Source: a virus (Duplodnaviria > Caudoviricetes). From it: 59,282 bases of DNA. The notes below the pieces were generated by a model. The model made no database searches, was not told the DNA's origin, and saw only the letters and a program-made list of their open reading frames with translations. The DNA lies in IMG/VR virus record IMGVR_UViG_3300027756_000012, positions 1 through 59,282 of that record. One strand, given 5' to 3'. Of this stretch, positions 9,742 to 19,845 are shown in pieces; the stretch's first letter is position 1; each line of letters opens with the position of its first letter. A program made the translations under genes and the position numbers.

Positions 9742-10912
9742 TTTTGTTGCTGATCGTGTGGTACGCGGCAAGGCATATCCGGCCCTGGCACGTTGGTCAG
9801 CAAATCCCTACACTGCTGAATGGCGACAGTTTGTACAGCATTGGCCCAATACTGTGCCTGCAGAACTGTACGAGCATTTTAACACACACGGAATAGCATA
9901 CAAATTATCAGACTTGAACAGTGCGGCCGCTGGCGCATACTACACAGTTGGTATAGGATTTTTTAACTTTGATGTTGATTACTTTGCCTTGATGAGCGAA
10001 ACAGTACGACGACAACTACGTCGAGAAGAACTCACTGTAGTATTCTACTATCACGAAGGCGACAATCCATTCAGAATCAAGGACCGATTGGATGAGCTGT
10101 GCCAGAATCATTTGCTGCCGCCCCGCTGCTATCGGTTTGTTAGTGGCAATACAGCAGCTGATGCTATTCCTGGCTTTGCATATTTTCCAGACCATGAACT
10201 GCTGTATTGGCATCGCAATCGAGAAATTGCGCCAATACCGATACACTCTAAACAGCGATTGCGTGACTTTACAGTACTAAGCAGAACACACAAATGGTGG
10301 CGAGCCACTGTAATGACTGACCTGCATTGCACAGGACTGTTAGAAAACAGTTACTGGAGTTATGGCACAGATATTGTTGCCGGCGAAGCCGAAACTGACA
10401 ATCCTATCGAAGTGGATACACTGAATATTCGAGCAGATATCAAACAGTTCCTGGCCAATGGTCCTTACACTTGTGATGCAAAAACTGCATCGCAACACAA
10501 CGATCATCATGTGATTGAATCAGACCACCATGCAGAAAGTTATTGCAACATAGTGTTGGAAACTCACTTTGATGCCGACGGATCTGGTGGCGCATTCCTG
10601 ACAGAAAAAACATTCAAAGCAATCAAACACGGGCAACCATTTGTGATCGTGGGCTGTACAGGGTCTTTAGCCGCATTGAGAAAGCTGGGCTATCGCACAT
10701 TTGATCATGCCATAGACAACAGTTACGATACTATACAAAACAATACAGAACGTTGGATTGCTGTTCGTCGAGCTATTGCACAATTAAAGTCGCAAGACCT
10801 GCTAGCCTGGTTTGAAAGTTGCCGCAGTGACACAGAACACAACCAACAGTTATTTTGCAGCACAAAAGCTGACAGATTAAATACTCTACTAGAAAGAATA
10901 CACAATGATTAA
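9725..10912 (+). CDS. putative glycosyltransferase-like protein (ET...TEK family)
   Basis: IVLET..FLTEKTFKAI..GQPF..GYRTF..IDNSYD. Confidence 0.55.
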   Translation: MAYANNFVADRVVRGKAYPALARWSANPYTAEWRQFVQHWPNTVPAELYEHFNTHGIAYKLSDLNSAAAGAYYTVGIGFFNFDVDYFALMSETVRRQLRREELTVVFYYHEGDNPFRIKDRLDELCQNHLLPPRCYRFVSGNTAADAIPGFAYFPDHELLYWHRNREIAPIPIHSKQRLRDFTVLSRTHKWWRATVMTDLHCTGLLENSYWSYGTDIVAGEAETDNPIEVDTLNIRADIKQFLANGPYTCDAKTASQHNDHHVIESDHHAESYCNIVLETHFDADGSGGAFLTEKTFKAIKHGQPFVIVGCTGSLAALRKLGYRTFDHAIDNSYDTIQNNTERWIAVRRAIAQLKSQDLLAWFESCRSDTEHNQQLFCSTKADRLNTLLERIHND

Positions 10913-11924
10913 TTCCTACACCAGTTGGCAGCCGTTAGAAGAAGTTATCGTGGGTCGTGCATACAGCCCAGACTACTTTGATTTTATCGAAGATCCACAG
11001 GTTCGCAACCAGTTGCAACAGATCCTGTACGAAACCCAAGAAGACCTAAACAACTTACAAAAGACCATCGAGACCTATGGTGCTCGTGTGCGTCGACCCA
11101 ACTTGCCGCCCAAGGATCAATTTGTTTGGTGGCAAACAGAAAACGGTGGTGCACCGCTGCCGCCCTTGACACCGCGTGACTGGCAAATCAGTCTTGGCCA
11201 AAAGCTGTTACGTGTGTTGCCCATGGAAGAACTGGATGAAATTTGCGAAGAATATAAAGACCAAGTTGTTAGTCCACACAACGGGCGTTGGGACGCTGAC
11301 TGTATCCTAAACCAAGCGTCAGCCAGTTGCATTGTGCGTGTGGGACGTGATGTATTCTTTGACAACAGTGATTATCTAAAGCCTGAGCAAACTCGTTGGA
11401 TTGTGGACAACTGTTTAGGTCCAGAGTATCGCATTCACGAAGCTGTCACAGACGGCCACGGTGATGCTGTGTTTGCCATTCTCAAGCCGGGCGTTATCTT
11501 GTCAAGCAAACACGATGTCAACTTAGACCTGGCCAAAGACTTTCCCGGATGGGAAGTGTTAAAGATCTGGGACTCCAGTATCTGGGCTGCCATGGAAGTG
11601 GGCAAGTTCAAATACGAACAAAGCCCGGGCGCATGGTATGTGCAAGGGCAAACACCCACACAGGAGTTTACCAAGTTTGTAGACACCTACTTGAACAAGT
11701 GGACTGGCTTTGTGGCCGAAACTGTGTTTGATGTCAACTGCTTGGTGTTAGACGAAGAAAACGTTATCTTCAGTGCTTACAACAGAGATGTGTTTGACTT
11801 CTGTAAGAAACATCGTATCAATCCCATCATTAGTGAACTGCGTCATAGCTATTTCTGGGACGGCGGCATCAGTTGCTGTACGCAAGACCTGCGACGTCGC
11901 GGTGGTCTAGAAACATATCTATAA
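10905..11924 (+). CDS. amidinotransferase (pentein; glycine/inosamine-phosphate amidinotransferase-like)
   Basis: NSYTSWQPLEEVIVG N-terminus, TPRD, DGHGD and C-terminal DGGISCCTQDL carrying the expected catalytic Cys. Confidence 0.85.
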   Translation: MINSYTSWQPLEEVIVGRAYSPDYFDFIEDPQVRNQLQQILYETQEDLNNLQKTIETYGARVRRPNLPPKDQFVWWQTENGGAPLPPLTPRDWQISLGQKLLRVLPMEELDEICEEYKDQVVSPHNGRWDADCILNQASASCIVRVGRDVFFDNSDYLKPEQTRWIVDNCLGPEYRIHEAVTDGHGDAVFAILKPGVILSSKHDVNLDLAKDFPGWEVLKIWDSSIWAAMEVGKFKYEQSPGAWYVQGQTPTQEFTKFVDTYLNKWTGFVAETVFDVNCLVLDEENVIFSAYNRDVFDFCKKHRINPIISELRHSYFWDGGISCCTQDLRRRGGLETYL

Positions 11925-11942
11925 TACACTAGGACATATACA

Positions 11943-12611
11943 ATGAGAATCTTAGTCAACGGCGATAGTAACATGTGCGGCGAAGAATTAGAAGACCGCA
12001 GCCTAGGTATATCATCACAGGTGGCAAAAATATTAGGTGCTGAGACTAATAATCTCAGTGTTAGCGGTAGCAGCAATGACCGTATATACGACAGCACTAT
12101 GAACTATATTCTTACTCAACCCAAACCTGATTTAGTACTGATTGGCTGGAGCGAGATGTGTCGTGTACAATGGTTTTTAGATGATGTACACTCATTCGGT
12201 GAGTTTGTAGAAATAAACAACTTGGGTGTTGGTCGTAGAGAATATCCTGCTAAATATACCAGACGACTGGAACGCTGGCACGAAGTGAGTAATAATTTGG
12301 AATTTCGCACACATTTAAGTTACTACTGGCATGAGCGCATTTTTAACCTACACAAGTTTTTACAAAGTCGTTACATCAAACATTTATTTTTCCACTCGTT
12401 CCACGATTTTAAAATTTATGATGTCAACGATCAACTTGACTGGGATGGTCGTTTCATGGATCCCTACTGTGCTGACAATACTTACACACATTGGTGTGCC
12501 AACCAAGGATACCAAGAAATAACACCGGGTTGGTATCACTACGAGCCTGCCGGACAACGTGCCTGGGCAGAGCGAGTTGTTGAGCATATTAAAAATTACA
12601 AAATTATATGA
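11943..12611 (+). CDS. SGNH/GDSL hydrolase-like protein
   Basis: ILVNGDSNMCG, NLSVSGSSN, late HYEPAGQ; AGGA upstream of the ATG. Confidence 0.65.
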   Translation: MRILVNGDSNMCGEELEDRSLGISSQVAKILGAETNNLSVSGSSNDRIYDSTMNYILTQPKPDLVLIGWSEMCRVQWFLDDVHSFGEFVEINNLGVGRREYPAKYTRRLERWHEVSNNLEFRTHLSYYWHERIFNLHKFLQSRYIKHLFFHSFHDFKIYDVNDQLDWDGRFMDPYCADNTYTHWCANQGYQEITPGWYHYEPAGQRAWAERVVEHIKNYKII

Positions 12612-13696
12612 TTTATTCCATCGATCAAGTACAACATTTACATTTGGAATTAAGCAGTTTGTGCAATGCTGCCTGTCCACTATGCCCTAGAAATTTTTCC
12701 AGTTATCCACACAATTTTGGGTATGACGAACACAATATGACACTACAGGAAGCACAGAAGATATTTCCAGTGGAGTTTGTTCAGCAACTAAAGCAGATGG
12801 TTATCAATGGAAACTTTGGTGATGCTGTTATGAATACAGAAACTGTTGAGATTGTCAATTACTTTAAACAACACAATCCCACGTTGCATATAAATCTCAG
12901 TACCAATGGCGGTGCAAGAGATGCTAAATTTTGGCGCGGGTTAGCTGAAGCAGGAATTGAAGTGACCTTCTGTATAGATGGCATTGATGATTATACTCAT
13001 GCACTGTACCGCCGAAACACATTGTATTCTACCATCATGCGTAATTCTGCTACATTCATAGCAGCTGGCGGCCGAGCAGTGTGGAAAATGATCAATTTTG
13101 AACACAACCGCCATCAACAAGAACCGGCACGTGCGTTGAGCATCCAACGAGGATTTGCTGCTTTTATAATAGTGGATGACGGCAGAGACAACGGGCCAGT
13201 CTACAACAACAACGGTGATCTAGTTTACATCATTGGAGAATCAAAGATAAACTTCACTCCCGAAAAACATGTACAATCTCCACTGTACCACAGCGATTCT
13301 CCACAACATCGAGAAAATCGTATGAAATGGGTTAATAAATCTGAAATTAAAAATATCAAGTGCGAAGTTGCAGGCTCGCGCAGTATCTATGTCAGCAGCA
13401 CCGGTGATGTTTTTCCATGCTGCTATACCGGTTTGAATCCGGCTCGATACAGAAATAACACAGACATAGGCTACAGCATGGAACAAATCAATCACATCAT
13501 GACTCGGAATAATGCACTGGAATACGATCTTGCCACATGCATTGAATGGTTTGATCAGATTGAGGCCAGTTGGGGTATCGATTCCTTTGAAAACGGAAGA
13601 CTGCTAACTTGCAACAATGCTTGCGGCAACAACAGTGACAAAAATTTTAAGTTTCACGTCAAAGAAGTGGTCGTGTACAACGACAATGCTACCTAG
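12608..13696 (+). CDS. radical SAM protein with C-terminal SPASM/twitch-like domain
   Basis: CNAACPLC (CxxxCxxC), STNG, C-terminal C...GDVFPCCY...CNNAC. Confidence 0.9.
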   Translation: MIYSIDQVQHLHLELSSLCNAACPLCPRNFSSYPHNFGYDEHNMTLQEAQKIFPVEFVQQLKQMVINGNFGDAVMNTETVEIVNYFKQHNPTLHINLSTNGGARDAKFWRGLAEAGIEVTFCIDGIDDYTHALYRRNTLYSTIMRNSATFIAAGGRAVWKMINFEHNRHQQEPARALSIQRGFAAFIIVDDGRDNGPVYNNNGDLVYIIGESKINFTPEKHVQSPLYHSDSPQHRENRMKWVNKSEIKNIKCEVAGSRSIYVSSTGDVFPCCYTGLNPARYRNNTDIGYSMEQINHIMTRNNALEYDLATCIEWFDQIEASWGIDSFENGRLLTCNNACGNNSDKNFKFHVKEVVVYNDNAT

Positions 13697-14498
13697 TACC
13701 AAATCCAGGATTGGGCCAGTTAAAAGCATTTTTATTTGGTAGATCAAAGTTGGTCAAGTCAATGGACCTGATACCAGGCTGATAGTCCTGTGCTGTTGCA
13801 ATCACAATGTTGGCCAGTGCTGCATTATTGTGTGGATTGAAATGATTGACTCGCTGATCATCGGTCATGAAATTTTTAACAATTTCTGCATCAGTTCCTG
13901 TTGCTTCTCCCAGACTTATGTGTACCAAGGGTGTTGTGTACACAACACCGGGCAATATAGCAGTGGTGTTATCTACGGTAAATGGGTAGTTGTTAAAATG
14001 CACCTGCTTGACATGGCCGAATGTCCTGGCAATTTCATAAAACCATTGTTCATGTGCCCAAGTTTGAAAAGGGTTGTCGATCAGATCCAATGTCCATCTT
14101 TGCAATAATTGCGCTAGTTCTATTTTATACTTGTATCGTTGATCTTCTTTGTGTGGTCGATAATTGACTGCAAGCATTTCGTTGCCAACATCGCCATTTC
14201 CTGTGTTGAGTCTATTGTCATCGGTGTGACAAAATACCATGAGATCCACAGTGTTGATCCATTCTGGATCGTATTCCATGTGATCAAACAGTTGTCGGCG
14301 ACTGTAGTACCAGCTGCGACCCGCAAAGCCAAACGAATATAGATTCAATCCAAGTTTGGTTGCAGACCGATCAAGCCAGCTGACATGAGTTTTATTATCA
14401 TCTTTTTGCTGTGCGTTACGATGTGGTATTACACTGGGACCGGCCCATGAACTGCAATAACTATCGCCCACAAATACTATATTTTTTTCAAATGGCAT
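13689..14498 (-). CDS. SGNH-like hypothetical protein
   Basis: IVFVGDSYC and late NHFNP; last gene of the long minus-strand run. Confidence 0.55.
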   Translation of the reverse strand: MPFEKNIVFVGDSYCSSWAGPSVIPHRNAQQKDDNKTHVSWLDRSATKLGLNLYSFGFAGRSWYYSRRQLFDHMEYDPEWINTVDLMVFCHTDDNRLNTGNGDVGNEMLAVNYRPHKEDQRYKYKIELAQLLQRWTLDLIDNPFQTWAHEQWFYEIARTFGHVKQVHFNNYPFTVDNTTAILPGVVYTTPLVHISLGEATGTDAEIVKNFMTDDQRVNHFNPHNNAALANIVIATAQDYQPGIRSIDLTNFDLPNKNAFNWPNPGFGTR

Positions 14499-15900
14499 TA
14501 TACCACCCCGCTAAATTAGGAAATGCTGTTGCAAAATCTTTTCCGCGACGTTGATCGTACTGCGTGAAAAAACTTTTAAAATCTTTTTGCAATGCCAACA
14601 CATTGGCATCTTCCACACTGCCAGCAAATGTATCGGCTGTGTGTGTTATCTGCTGTTCTTGGTGTGGCGCTGTTACCTCTAATAGATATTTGGAATATCT
14701 TTCAATGTGATCTATTTCAATAGGTGCAAACAACTTTTTAATATCTGGACCTTTTAAAAATTCTGTAATTTCATATGCGTATTGTTTACGCATTTCAACC
14801 GGCAGCACTACTATACTTTGAAATGTAGGGAAACGCACAGGATTAACACTCAACATCAGTCCTTGGCTGCGGTTGCTGTTGCTTGGTGCAGAGCGTTTAC
14901 GGTCTGCCAACCAGTACAAGAAATCTGTAAATCCGTCAGCGGCAGCAGCACTGAGTGTTCCGCAAATACCAGTGTTGGCAATTACCCCAGAATGTAATAC
15001 CATATCTAAATTGTTGTTCCATAACTCCCAGTCTAGTCCATCTCGCACATATTCCATTTTGCTACCGGTAGTTTCAGCACTGGTGTATACCCACACAGGA
15101 ACATCAATACGACTACATGCATCCAAGAAACGTTTCAGTGTATCTTGATCGTAGGCCAAGTTAGTGGTCATTTCTATACGGCAATCAGTTTTGGAAGTGT
15201 TGTTTGCCAACCAATCCAACAATTTCCAAGTGTGACCCGACATCATTGGCTCGCCGCCACTGATACGAATCTGTTTGATGGTTTTGTGTAAACTGCTATC
15301 CCACCACTTGAAAAATGCGTCAGCATAGGGATTGTTATCACCAAATGTGTAGCCAATCATTTCGTCGCCGGTGGTCATGTAATGCTTGCGGTGGTCCGTG
15401 GGCAGGTTCTCATAAGGACCATTTTTGCGTATGTCTTTGGCCCAGGTAGTACTGATGGTAGGAGCACAATAGCTACAGCCCAGATTGCAAGTGCGATCAA
15501 AACATATTTCCAAGTAGGTTAAATCGTAATCATCATCTGCACTGGCAGTGAACGCAGTGTTCAACTGTTCTGGGCTCATTTGTCCGCCCCAGGTGGTCCA
15601 TACGCGATCACTGAGTCCATCGGGTTCTACTTCTTCCATTACCCAACAGAACTGGCAGTTTTTAGGTTTCAGTCCCTGTTGCATCTGCAGTCGCTCTTGT
15701 TTTTTAATGGGCGTGTTATGCAAGGCCATAGGATTGGTTTTGATTGCTTCCAGGTCTATAGCATGCGGCGGGTTATGGTGACAACTGGTGGTCCATCCTT
15801 GGCTAAGCCACAGGCTACTGTTGTACCATTTAGATCCGCAAAAACTTGGACTCTTGGAATCCAAGTTTTCAATCTTCCATTGTTTCATATCGATACTCAT
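14488..15900 (-). CDS. radical SAM protein with N-terminal twitch-like domain (CHH subtype)
   Basis: CNLGCSYC, SGGEP, TTN; N-terminal FCGSKW..SCHH..CQFCW. ATG 15900 gives a TAATG overlap with the upstream stop. Confidence 0.9.
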   Translation of the reverse strand: MSIDMKQWKIENLDSKSPSFCGSKWYNSSLWLSQGWTTSCHHNPPHAIDLEAIKTNPMALHNTPIKKQERLQMQQGLKPKNCQFCWVMEEVEPDGLSDRVWTTWGGQMSPEQLNTAFTASADDDYDLTYLEICFDRTCNLGCSYCAPTISTTWAKDIRKNGPYENLPTDHRKHYMTTGDEMIGYTFGDNNPYADAFFKWWDSSLHKTIKQIRISGGEPMMSGHTWKLLDWLANNTSKTDCRIEMTTNLAYDQDTLKRFLDACSRIDVPVWVYTSAETTGSKMEYVRDGLDWELWNNNLDMVLHSGVIANTGICGTLSAAAADGFTDFLYWLADRKRSAPSNSNRSQGLMLSVNPVRFPTFQSIVVLPVEMRKQYAYEITEFLKGPDIKKLFAPIEIDHIERYSKYLLEVTAPHQEQQITHTADTFAGSVEDANVLALQKDFKSFFTQYDQRRGKDFATAFPNLAGWYNAI

Positions 15901-17408
15901 TAGCTGCACACTTTCACTTTATATAATTGTTCAAAACGATCTGCGTCTGCACGATCATTGACCATGGGCTCGCCACGTATGTTTAGACTGGTATTCAGCA
16001 ACATGGGACATCCTGTTTCAGCATACCAGGCTTCTAATAGCTGTCTAATTCCTGACCCATCTGATGGCACAGTCTGTACACGACTAGTACCGTCATGATG
16101 AACAATAGCAGGAAATAGGTCAGGATGCCTACAACGAGCGATGACTTGCATATACCTACTGTTATTGAAGCCATGAGGCATATCAAAATACTGATCAACA
16201 TGCTCTTCGAGAATAACTGGCGCAAAGGGTCTAAACTGTTGTCTTCGTTTGATTTCATTTACTTGATCCTTTATTTCTCGGCCTCTGGGGTCTGCGAGCA
16301 GACTTCTGTTGCCCAGGGCTCTGGGACCAAACTCAGCACGACCACTGGCCACACCCACAATTCGATCACGTAGCAAACAACCCACAATATCATCGACAGG
16401 ATAAGCACCAGGAATATCTGTGCCCAGATAGGCGTTGTTCCAATGTATCTGTTTGCCATACGCAAGCGCCGCTGCGCCCAGGCTACTGCCAGCATCACCA
16501 GGACAAGGCATAATCCAAATGTTATCAAAGTACTTTCCTAAATTACGGTTGGCACTACAGTTGAGAGCAACTCCGCCCATGTACACCAAGTTGTTGCTCC
16601 ATTTAAAGTCTCTTGCTCTACGCATTACTGAATAGATCAAACGCTCTGCCATGGCCTGTGCTCCGGCTGCAATGTCAAATTCTTCTAGATCCTGTAGGTA
16701 TTTGGGATCTATTCCGGCATGTAGATTTTCACTAAATTCAATTTTGTCAGTGTCTTTTACTAGAGCATGCATGCTGACAGCGTTTGTGGCATTGCCATAC
16801 GCAGCCATACCCATCAAGATGTATTCTTCATCCAGTGGCCGCAGTCCCACACTGGCTGTGGCTGCTGAATAAAACAAACCAATTGAGTGTGGATAACGTT
16901 GTTGCCACAGTCGTTTATACACAGCACGGCCGTTGACATATTCTGCGCCCCAGATGCTTATGGTATCTAATTCGCCAATGGCATCAATTACAACCACTGT
17001 GGCCCGTTGATAGGGGCTGGTCTGGAATCCGGCTGCGGCGTGACTATGATGATGGGACATATATTTTCTAGGGCATCGTAGTAACTGCTGCCGATGAACA
17101 GTATCAGATAGATGTTTATGCAGATACTGATCCAAAGTAAAATTGCCAAAGTCCAAAGCTTCTTCATATTGACCCGAATATAGTTGTTGTAGTTTTTTAA
17201 TCCAAGGGCGTTCATAGTAGGCCACCATGTCAGGAGCACCATTGGCCAAGGCCTCGGCAACAATGTCATCATTGAGATGCGCATCGTTTTTGTTTTTACT
17301 GTAGCGTTCTGCATGTCCAGCAAACGCAATGCTGCCGTCATTCTGAATCACAGTGACCGCAGCGTCGTGAAAGCCCGCAGAGATACCTAGATATTTTTTC
17401 AATTTCAT
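15900..17408 (-). CDS. O-carbamoyltransferase, NodU/CmcH/TobZ family
   Basis: GISAGFHDAA, HHHSHAA, DAIGE, GGVALNCSAN, PGDAG, EFGPRALGNRS, FRPFAP, LLNTSLN. Confidence 0.95.
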   Translation of the reverse strand: MKLKKYLGISAGFHDAAVTVIQNDGSIAFAGHAERYSKNKNDAHLNDDIVAEALANGAPDMVAYYERPWIKKLQQLYSGQYEEALDFGNFTLDQYLHKHLSDTVHRQQLLRCPRKYMSHHHSHAAAGFQTSPYQRATVVVIDAIGELDTISIWGAEYVNGRAVYKRLWQQRYPHSIGLFYSAATASVGLRPLDEEYILMGMAAYGNATNAVSMHALVKDTDKIEFSENLHAGIDPKYLQDLEEFDIAAGAQAMAERLIYSVMRRARDFKWSNNLVYMGGVALNCSANRNLGKYFDNIWIMPCPGDAGSSLGAAALAYGKQIHWNNAYLGTDIPGAYPVDDIVGCLLRDRIVGVASGRAEFGPRALGNRSLLADPRGREIKDQVNEIKRRQQFRPFAPVILEEHVDQYFDMPHGFNNSRYMQVIARCRHPDLFPAIVHHDGTSRVQTVPSDGSGIRQLLEAWYAETGCPMLLNTSLNIRGEPMVNDRADADRFEQLYKVKVCS

Positions 17409-17506
17409 TTGTAAATAAACGGATCGCGTTTGCGCAGTTCTTTTAATTTTTTACGGTAGCGTATTTCCAAACGAATTCGATTGAATAAATTTTTAATCCA
17501 GTTCAT
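17405..17506 (-). CDS. 33-aa basic peptide, not in the ORF track (MNWIKNLFNRIRLEIRYRKKLKELRKRDPFIYK)
   Basis: Translated by hand. Fills the gap exactly: starts 1 nt after the upstream stop and has an ATGA overlap with the carbamoyltransferase. Confidence 0.8.
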   Translation of the reverse strand: MNWIKNLFNRIRLEIRYRKKLKELRKRDPFIYK

Positions 17507-17507
17507 G

Positions 17508-18560
17508 TCATGTTCCTCGTATTATTTTAATCTGCTGATCAGCATAGTCCGTATCTGACCAATTGTATGTGTATGTAGCATTGGCGTGACTGGTTTGTAT
17601 TTTAAATACATCTAAGTGTGATCCTAGCTGTGCCCATATGTCTTTGTAGTCAGTTGTTCCAAAACTACGCATCAAATCTACCTGGGCCACTTGTGGATGC
17701 CCAATGGTAAGACTTTTATCATCAGGGTCAAACCCATTGTTGATCAACCAAGTTTTAAACTCCCCTAGAATTCTTTGTTGCCAAGGTGCATTACCGGGAT
17801 TATTGCCCCATTCAATGTCAAAATCTCCAGCAGCTTCGGTTTGCGAATTTAATGTTGTAGTAGTTAATTCTCCTACACGGCTGTCTCGACCTTCGTCCCA
17901 AAAAACTTCCCAATGGTGTTTTCCCACTGCTTTATTTACTCCAACGAATACGCCGCCCAGTGGTCTATTGATTGTGTCAATGCCAAACAATTCATAATCT
18001 TCTGCGTCTAATTGAAATCGTGGCGCATGCAACCAGCACATGAGCTGACTAGGACGCTGCCATTCTGGTGCAGTTATTACTTTGCGCATACTGAGCACTA
18101 GACTTTCATACTCGTGACACAGCAAATTCAATTGTCGTATGTGCCAACGAGTACCTGCATCTGCTTGAGTATAAAATGGACTCATTGCGCCCGATACTCC
18201 TTGTAAATCTTCAAAGTAACGATGCAGGTGATTTAACTTATCATGCACCAATTTTAATTCTGGTGTGGTAGTGTTGGCCACTGAAAAGTGATCATCAATT
18301 TGATAACCAATGTTTGCAGAGTTGATAGCAGCAATGCTGCGATTCATCTGGTCAGTCAAGTATTCTGCGTTGCGTTGGCTAGCAACAAATCCAAAAAAAC
18401 AATAATTTTTTTCCAAATGATAGTTGTCTTTTATCAATTGATTCAATGATGCTAGCCATTTGCGACTCAACGAATTGTCGGCCACGTCTATGTACACTGT
18501 GACAATGTCATTGTCGTTGTTGCCTCTTAGGTCTATTTTGATTTGATCAAGCAATTTCAT
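17508..18560 (-). CDS. hypothetical protein (350 aa)
   Basis: Long ORF overlapping the upstream radical SAM gene; no family recognised. Confidence 0.8.
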   Translation of the reverse strand: MKLLDQIKIDLRGNNDNDIVTVYIDVADNSLSRKWLASLNQLIKDNYHLEKNYCFFGFVASQRNAEYLTDQMNRSIAAINSANIGYQIDDHFSVANTTTPELKLVHDKLNHLHRYFEDLQGVSGAMSPFYTQADAGTRWHIRQLNLLCHEYESLVLSMRKVITAPEWQRPSQLMCWLHAPRFQLDAEDYELFGIDTINRPLGGVFVGVNKAVGKHHWEVFWDEGRDSRVGELTTTTLNSQTEAAGDFDIEWGNNPGNAPWQQRILGEFKTWLINNGFDPDDKSLTIGHPQVAQVDLMRSFGTTDYKDIWAQLGSHLDVFKIQTSHANATYTYNWSDTDYADQQIKIIRGT

Positions 18561-19845
18561 TCCACCATTTCTTTATTTCAGGACGAGCATCTAATATAGA
18601 CCCCATTGTTGTGCTGTTGGGTCGTATGTTTTCTAATTTTAACACACGTTCCTTGCCTTTTGCAAGACCTGCTCGGTATTGATCAGGCCATTGTTCCTCA
18701 AATGTTGGACGATTTTTCAACTGTGCCAATACATCCTGCATTGCTCCACTAGGACACTTTGCCACCAGTTCGTCCACCCAAGGGTTCAGCAGTGTTCGAG
18801 GCAGAGCAAGTGGACTCATCACAATGTCGGGCGTGAAGCTGAAAATTACCTTGGCCAAGATATCGGTGTCGGTGTCCTTGGCCAGTTGCACAATATTTTC
18901 CACTTCGAACATGCCCGGCAGGGTAAGAGTAAAATCAATTCTCACTTGACGTCTTTGTTTTCCGGCTTCGGCTGCTCGATGGTAGTTGTTTAACCAAGCA
19001 GTGTAGTCAAGCCCGGTTCTAATGTACTCTCCAATTGCGCCTGTTCCGTCAATACTGGCACATATCTGCCAACTGCGCAGATTGGAAAGAATGTCATCAA
19101 ATAGATCAACACCTTTGTAATTGACTCGAGACAGATTGGTATTGTATCGTGCGTATACTCTGTGGCCGTCACCAAGATCCACAATACGTTTCATGTAGCG
19201 CCAGTGCTGTTCGTACATGAGTGGTTCGCCACCTACCCAGTACACTTCTTCCACACGATGTTCTTCCACTGCTTGTGCAAATTCTTCTTCTACCTGTTGG
19301 TCCTGAAACTGTGAAATATTTTTTCTAACGTCGGGTTTCATCCAATTGTTTTTTGGATTTCCCCAGTCAACCATGTCATGCTGCCTTTGTTCGCTTTCCC
19401 ATGCAGAACTCAGCATGTCACCGCAGGTTCTGCATTTGAAGTTGCAGAGGTTACTGAATCTGTAATCCCAACTCACTGGTTTTACTGTGGTGAATCCAGT
19501 GTTGTCTGTTGCTAACATGGCTGCTTCGTACTTGTGACCAAACAGCTGATTGAAGTAACTGCGATAAACATCGGTGTTTAACAATTTGCTGTTGCAGACA
19601 TCACACTCGGGCAAGGTTTCGCCAGCCATCATTCTTCGACGAACTGACCGCATATGATCGCTGTTCCAGTGCTGGTCCAGAGTGATAGGTGTATACTGGC
19701 CAGTGCCAACACTGGTATCAATATACTGTTCAAAACTCTGCGCAGGTTCTCTTGACGCACAGCACATGCGTCGTTCAGTTTGTGGACTCAAATAAGTATG
19801 TGTCCACGGAGCCATGCACAAGGTATCAGGTTTTGTTGTAGTCAT
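18547..19845 (-). CDS. radical SAM protein with N-terminal twitch-like domain (CC subtype)
   Basis: CNFKCRTC, VGGEP, NTN; N-terminal LCMAPW..RMCC..CDVC. Confidence 0.9.
   Translation of the reverse strand: MTTTKPDTLCMAPWTHTYLSPQTERRMCCASREPAQSFEQYIDTSVGTGQYTPITLDQHWNSDHMRSVRRRMMAGETLPECDVCNSKLLNTDVYRSYFNQLFGHKYEAAMLATDNTGFTTVKPVSWDYRFSNLCNFKCRTCGDMLSSAWESEQRQHDMVDWGNPKNNWMKPDVRKNISQFQDQQVEEEFAQAVEEHRVEEVYWVGGEPLMYEQHWRYMKRIVDLGDGHRVYARYNTNLSRVNYKGVDLFDDILSNLRSWQICASIDGTGAIGEYIRTGLDYTAWLNNYHRAAEAGKQRRQVRIDFTLTLPGMFEVENIVQLAKDTDTDILAKVIFSFTPDIVMSPLALPRTLLNPWVDELVAKCPSGAMQDVLAQLKNRPTFEEQWPDQYRAGLAKGKERVLKLENIRPNSTTMGSILDARPEIKKWWNEIA

Noticed and set aside
11897-11925. TATAAT upstream of the SGNH-like gene at 11943
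   Set aside because: It coincides with the upstream stop codon and has no credible -35 or extended -10.
10905-17506. Saxitoxin-like cluster (SxtG/SxtI/SxtK-like genes)
   Set aside because: No SxtA-like PKS/AONS or other core sxt genes; only family-level resemblance.
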